A stretch of DNA of 63,948 nucleotides, the filler included, from Lenisia limosa (taxonomy: Eukaryota > Protista > Breviatea), in assembly GCA_001655205.1 (NCBI GenBank). It is 11 parts of 11 records of this genome, joined end to end, with 100 filler letters (N's around TTAATTAATTAA, not from the genome) between each part and the next. Parts side by side here need not be neighbours in the genome. Positions count along the whole stretch, not along the records: positions 60,262 to 61,514 come from LPNZ01004699.1; positions 61,615 to 62,744 come from LPNZ01005015.1; positions 62,845 to 63,948 come from LPNZ01007166.1; 8 more parts are not named here. One strand, given 5' to 3'. This document shows positions 60,859-63,948 of the stretch, one piece after another. The notes under the pieces were generated by a model. The model saw nothing but the letters and a program-made list of their open reading frames with translations, had not been told where the DNA came from and did no database searches. Within the stretch, counting starts at the first letter, position 1, and each line of letters begins with the position of its first letter. Made by a program: the position numbers and the translations under genes.

Positions 60859-61514
60859 GAGCCCATCTCCGGTCGCACAATGGGAACTTCAGGTAAAAAC
60901 GACCCACATGGTAAGAGGCGGTTAGAGCTTTTGGGAAGATATCGATTTCTTGAGTTTCTAGTATTTCTCAAATATCTTGAATTTCTCATATTTCTTGACT
61001 CATATTTCTTGAATTTCTCATATTTTTTGAATTTCTTGAATAATCTCTCTACCCCCCACTATACATTATTACCCCCAGGCCGGAGAGGACGTCCGTTTTC
61101 CTTCGGGCCACATGGGGCTGTTATGACCGTTCCCAACGCACAGGTGGGAGCGTCCTCGGTTTTTTGAGGGGTTTTTGTTGGGGATGTGTGGGCCAGATAA
61201 TATAGATGGTGAATTAATGTTATTCTCTAATCCAGCATCTTTCCATAAGCATGCTGTTATGGATAGCCAATAGAGTTGATTTTGAGCTTTTTTTTTGTTT
61301 AATAAATTTTCCAATTTTACCCCCCCCCCCCCCAGATAAATGCCCCACATACAGTGGTTCAATTCGAGACCTACAGCCTTCTTGCTGAGACTGAAGTGTC
61401 AAAGGATCTTCAGAAAATGATGAAGCCTCCAACAGTTAAGGATAAGGACCACTTAAGAACCATGTTTGAAGACACCGCTGCCGGACTTAGTTCGGCCGAC
61501 CCCGGAACGGAGGA
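60859..61514 (+). CDS. Three phase-consistent exons of an unknown gene
   Basis: EPISGRTMGTS / GRRGRPFSFGPHGAVMTVPNAQ / INAPHTVVQFETYSLLAETEVSKDLQKMMKPPTVKDKDHLRTMFEDT. Confidence 0.6.
61262..61335 (+). repeat. Family C 3' half ending at a splice acceptor
   Basis: agccaatagagttgattttgagc...aaattttccaattttacccccccccccccccag. Confidence 0.85.
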
Positions 61515-62448
61515 NNNNNNNNNNNNNNNNNNNNNNNNNNNNNNNNNNNNNNNNNNNNTTAATTAATTAANNNNNNNNNNNNNNNNNNNNNNNNNNNNNN
61601 NNNNNNNNNNNNNNACATTTTCTCAGATGAACTGAAATTCGTATACAGTCTTGTACCGTCATAGCGTTTTACCCTTTCCAGGCCCATGAAGATTCGGAGA
61701 AGAATCGAGCGTCAATACAGCGCCAAAGGAGACAAAAGAAGGGATTCGTGGGGGGTGGGATAGGAAAATTGTAATATCATATCATACTGTGTGAAAAAAG
61801 AAAAAAAATGGAAAAAACAAAATAAACAGTTAATGGGGGGAGGGTATGTCTGAAAGAACAAGAAATGTATTTCAAATATTTCGTTTTTACTCCCCTTCCC
61901 GTCTCGTGTTATTGCTTTTTTTTTTTTTGGAGTTTCATATTATTCGTTTTCATCATCGAGATTTCCTCCCCCCTGACAGATGGGGCTTTTTGTTTNNNNN
62001 NNNNNNNNNNNNNNNNNNNNNNNNNNNNNNNNNNNNNNNNNNNNNNNNNNNNNNNNNNNNNNNNNNNNNNNNNNNNNNNNNNNNNNNNNNNNNNNNNNNN
62101 NNNNNNNNNNNNNNNNNNNACCCCCTAATCAACCTAGCCGATGCCACTCGAGTTTGATGCTCCCATCCCCACAATCACTCAGAACCCTGTATAAAGCACC
62201 CCTACCCGTGCCGCTTCTGGACTTGGCTCTTCGTTTAGCTGTTTAGCTTTCATTTGTTATTTTGATTTAGTGTTTTCTGGTACATATGGCTGGTAAGTCT
62301 TACTGACAGAAATCAATTTCCCTTTGAAGAAAAGTCAGTGTATATTAAACATATCATATTCAACATAATCCAAAGCTCCGCATTACATAAACCAAAAGAA
62401 AGAAAGCCACAAGACAAATAAACGGTACTAAAACGTGACGCGGCCCTA

Positions 62449-62529
62449 CTACGACAGGTATTGACGCAACACACCAACAGTGAGCGTGTTAGGCGACGTC
62501 ACATGGGGTGTGAGCGTGGGATCGTCAAC
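62449..62529 (-). CDS. Terminal exon of an unknown gene
   Basis: VDDPTLTPHVTSPNTLTVGVLRQYLS*, directly after an AG acceptor. Confidence 0.45.
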   Translation of the reverse strand, partial: VDDPTLTPHVTSPNTLTVGVLRQYLS

Positions 62530-62652
62530 CTTTGGCCCGGCCTGGGCGGTGAAAATTAAGATAAGATAACACACCAGGGTTGAGAACAACAAAACAAATA
62601 AAGCCCAGGCCAGTCCCTTCTGCAGCACCGCATCCCATCACTCCAGCGTAGG
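62530..62652 (-). repeat. Family C element in the sense orientation just upstream of an acceptor
   Basis: Reverse complement: ctacgctggagtgatgggatgcggtgctgcagaagggactggcctgggcttt...tctcaaccctggtgtgtt. Confidence 0.85.
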
Positions 62653-63011
62653 GGATGCCAAACAAAAATTTTGACATTATCCTTAGCTCTCTTTGTACAG
62701 CTATAGCACAATCAAATGACAAGAGACACGGGGGGGGGGGGGGGNNNNNNNNNNNNNNNNNNNNNNNNNNNNNNNNNNNNNNNNNNNNTTAATTAATTAA
62801 NNNNNNNNNNNNNNNNNNNNNNNNNNNNNNNNNNNNNNNNNNNNTATATCTACCCCTAGCACGAGTTCATCAATAAAGAAGCTTGAAATGGCCTCAAACG
62901 CCACGTCTACGCCATTTATGCTCATTTCCGCGTCTTCAAATCGGATCTAAAGATGTGATTAACAAGAATATGCTCACAAGATCTAAAGATCTCATGTTGT
63001 GATATGACTAA

Positions 63012-63087
63012 GGCTTCACTTCAATCCAGAAAATGACCGAACTTCTCCAGATAATTTACTGATCTTTTTTGTACAAGCGTGAAGCCC
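63012..63087. mobile_element. Degenerate MITE family A copy
   Basis: ggcttcacttcaatcc...gcgtgaagccc. Confidence 0.65.
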
Positions 63088-63196
63088 ACAGTAATCTTCA
63101 TGTACCCACAAAAAACTCCATAATAGATAGTATGATCCTTGTTTAAAAAGACTACAACAAAACCTCCAAAACTATTCTTCCTTCGCCCCTTCTTGA

Positions 63197-63298
63197 TCCA
63201 CTACAATCACGATCTTATTCATCCACTACAATCACGATCTTATTCATCCACTACAATCACGATCTTACTCATCCACTACAATCACGATCTTACTCACC
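63197..63298. repeat. 25-bp tandem repeat, 4 units
   Basis: atccactacaatcacgatcttattc units. Confidence 0.9.
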
Positions 63299-63681
63299 CC
63301 TAAACTAACATTAATCTTAATTCTTCATCTGAACATATCATATAATGATCTTCATTAAAACCCACACCCAAACCCACAGTAATCTTCTTCGTACGCATTA
63401 TGCCGAATTTGTTGTGCTTTTTCACATCAAAAGTAACCACCGCTGCGAGGGGTCAAGTACTTCGGAGATGAAACGGTGTTTCTTGGGTTAGTACACACCC
63501 AGGTTATGATGTATTCGAATCCAATTTCAAGTTCGAGAAAAGGGGTCTGTGTAAGGCTAACCTCGATCCGAAATATCGATATTAATAATATGGGCTTTAG
63601 AAAAAGGCCAGTGGCAATAGAAATAATGTTCAAGGATGAATCCAGAAACAGCAGTGCTTTTTATTTCAATTGTTCATTTTT

Positions 63682-63758
63682 TCGTGTGTTGTCAGCCAAC
63701 AAAGTTGATTTGGGCTTTTTTGTTTCATCATTTGTTCATTTTTACCCCCCCCCCCCAC
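63682..63758 (+). repeat. Family C 3' half
   Basis: cgtgtgttgtcagccaacaaagttgatttgggcttttttgtttc...ttttaccccccccccccac. Confidence 0.8.
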
Positions 63759-63948
63759 GTTGCTGCTCCAAACTTGGTACGGTCATCCATTGCTCGCCAT
63801 GATCATCATCGGAATCGGAAGGCTCAGAAGGATTGCTATCCGAATGTTCCATCATATTCTGTCTGGTCAGTATGGGGGGGGGCACAACTAGGGCTTCCCT
63901 ACGTTAAAATATCGATATGATAACTATGTGTATGCTGGGGAGGCACGC

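Overview
Eukaryotic, intron-dense genomic DNA from what looks like a protist draft assembly. It is a concatenation of 11 contigs joined by N-TTAATTAATTAA-N spacers, with extra N-masked repeat tracts. The standard genetic code fits. The ORF track misses most genes because exons are short and many introns are tiny (about 20-40 nt), alongside larger repeat-filled introns. Recognisable genes: a ~15 kb receptor-like gene (IPT/TIG-like repeats, Cys-rich repeats, ~9 TM helices), NAA10, a central fragment of the RNA polymerase I largest subunit (RPA1), PSMB3, a SNF2 ATPase with a C-terminal PHD finger, and a divergent alpha-tubulin-like exon. Mobile DNA includes a 5'-truncated non-LTR retrotransposon and several MITE-like or short interspersed families. 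The main discovery is a set of GT-TG introns. In RPA1, at least four short T-rich introns contain no AG at all, and conserved polymerase motifs are restored only if splicing uses a TG acceptor. These sit in the same gene as ordinary GT-AG introns, and a neighbouring gene has a likely fifth. Second, two dispersed repeat families end exactly at intron acceptors (introner-like behaviour). All splice models were built by eye from homology and reading frame; no RNA evidence was available.
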